64,000 bases of DNA from Haplodiscus bocki (taxonomy: Eukaryota), in the NCBI GenBank assembly GCA_965655095.1, contig OZ296649.1, forward strand, positions 42,284,001 to 42,348,000. Direction: 5' to 3'. Positions 62,715 through 64,000 of this stretch are shown here, one piece after another; positions within the stretch are counted from its first letter, which is position 1, and every line of letters starts with the position of its first letter. A program made the position numbers and the translations under genes. Below the pieces are notes generated by a model. It made no database searches, had not been told where the DNA came from, and worked only from the letters and a program-made list of their open reading frames with translations.

Positions 62715-64000
62715 ATATGGACCTTTACACCAATTTACTTATTTTCGGGCCTGAATATAACATCGAAGCATAGACATCGGTTCAACGTGAACATTTTTCT
62801 ACGTTTACGTTCGCTAATCAAAAATGTCCGGACGGCTCCTGACTTTGGAATTTCTTCATCCCTAAAATATGGCAGGTCTGCTTTGTGAGAGGCGACTAAG
62901 AAAGAAAGGTGTCTCAAATACGTGTTAAATATGTGTTTCCGGTAAAAACTGGTGTTTGACTTCAGATAAGTTAGAGTGGCATATTTGCTGTGGATTGCCT
63001 ATCGAATATTGTTCCCTGAGATTGACATTCATATGAATTCTGATTTTTTTTTCGCAAGAAAATCAATGTTTGGAAAATTGGAGAAATTAGAATGTTTCAC
63101 GCAGAAAGCGCAGTTATTGAAAGAAAAAACGGTTTCAGCCCAATAATTTTTTTCCTTAAAACATCTTTTCTTCCCACAAACTTCAACGTTCTTGCGAAGA
63201 ATCGTTTGTAGAAGGTTTGTTGAAGAAACTACCTTTTGACGAGGAAACGTTTTTTCTTTCCGAAAAGCATCATCAGCAAAATTTGAGGGCTGAAAAGTTT
63301 CGCGTGGTAGCCGGCTGTCTTGTTTAAGTTCACTACAAGTTTCCTCACAGTGAGCCAGCTTTGAGTTGCCAAAGATTGATTTTCTTTGTTTTCAGCTGTT
63401 CCGTTCAGAGCAGCAACGCTTTTATCGTCTGAGAACATAGACAACTCAAGGTGATCTGGGACCTTGAGTAAGTAGTTTTTGTTATGGGAGAGAAAATTCA
63501 CCTTGGTTGATCTCTCAGGAACGCCTGAAGTTGCCGTCATCCAATTCTGATTTTTCTTGATCAGTAGCATCAAAGGCTATTCGCCAATCAAAGAGATGTT
63601 CCTGACATTTTTGGTCTTTTGGTTGCGTCATCGTGCCTTAAGTTCAAAAACAACATCAACACTGCAGTGTTGATTATCAATTGAGCATTTTTTTGAGTTG
63701 AGAAAGGGCAAATTTTTCGAAATGTAAGTAAATCTGTTTTGCATAACCCTTTGAAATGAAATGTTCCAAAAAGTGAAGGTTAGTTTTGGCCTGTATTTTT
63801 TTTTCTTCCTCTCTTACTGTAGAGCCCTTTCTGAACCTGAAGTACTTCAATTTTTGGAAGAAATGCATGGAAAAGTTTGAATGACAAGGCCAGTTAAATA
63901 TTGATGTCATACTACTCGTTCTCTTGAATTACATTAAAGTTATGTAACTCATCGGCACACCGAGATTTGTAGTAAAGGACTTGTATTAATTTATCAGATG
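62715..64000 (+). repeat. Close copy of ~56830-58120 (offset 5,884 = 4 x 1,471)
   Basis: ORFs match at 56851/62735 and at ends 57689/63573. Private variants include ttcaacgtgaac, aatcaatgtttggaaaattggagaa, ggaacgcctgaagttg and aaaggctatt. Confidence 0.92.

Larger units (their letters stand above)
1..64000 (+). repeat. Tandem satellite/macrosatellite array of ~1.46-1.47 kb monomers, all in the same orientation, running off both window ends
   Basis: The landmark gaagcatagtcatcg (with variants) recurs at ~1079, 2568, 4010, 5486, 6930, 8404, 9847, 11304, 12778, 14252, 15682, 17153, 18636, 20127, 21603, 23057, 24515, 25975, 27433, 28891, 30347, 31838, 33317, 34788, 36247, 37632, 39087, 40557, 40932, 42400, 42775, 44247, 44968, 47155, 47713, 49178, 50652, 51027, 52491, 53955, 55411, 56881, 58356, 59827, 61299 and 62765. 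Other motifs (cccgtggtagccggctg, gaacgcctcacgtt, catcgtgccgtaag, gaaccggaagtacttc) follow in the same order in full-length units. Confidence 0.99.

Noticed and set aside
63-63910. ORF-track entries (60-170 aa) as protein-coding genes or a tandem gene family
   Set aside because: The same few frames recur on both strands, overlap each other, and vary in start, stop and frame between copies through homopolymer indels. They have no recognisable domains and are F/K/L-rich, as expected from A/T runs.
1-64000. CRISPR array or prokaryotic repeat system
   Set aside because: There is no short repeat with unique spacers. The entire 1.46 kb unit is repeated, and there are no cas or other genes or operon structure.
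1-64000. rDNA, 5S, histone, snRNA or spliced-leader RNA tandem cluster
   Set aside because: Nothing resembles the conserved sequences I know for these genes. Sm-site-like strings (aatttttgg) and gtaagt occur, but no invariant ~100-200 nt core stands out among the diverged copies. An Infernal/Rfam scan would settle it.
1-64000. Tandem LTRs or intact transposons
   Set aside because: I could not see TG...CA termini with a PBS or PPT, terminal inverted repeats, target-site duplications, poly(A) tails or transposase/RT frames. A remote mobile-element origin cannot be excluded.

Overview
The whole 64 kb window is one uninterrupted head-to-tail tandem array of a complex, AT-rich (roughly 35-37% GC by eye), non-coding monomer of about 1.46-1.47 kb. 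It is a large-monomer satellite or macrosatellite, most likely from a eukaryote. The landmark GAAGCATAGTCATCG (with variants) recurs 46 times, usually 1,430-1,490 bp apart and always on the + strand, giving about 43-44 monomer-equivalents. I found no genes, RNA genes, CRISPR arrays or transposon insertions. The ORF track consists of the same few short frames recurring per monomer, with variable stops and frameshifts. The interest lies in the array's architecture: a dimeric higher-order repeat (~2.92 kb) on the left, a six-monomer homogenised block at 21.8-30.7 kb flanked by an 11.7 kb-offset duplication, a rearranged zone at 38-52 kb (a near-perfect 1,843-bp tandem duplication, a 10.09 kb-offset duplication and complementary half-monomer deletions giving an ABBAABBA order), and a distinct subfamily at 52-64 kb. 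Several breakpoints resolve to 10-15 bp, some with microhomology or templated insertions. I cannot identify the organism or the repeat family, and the sequence alone does not support a new protein-based system. All alignments were done by eye.
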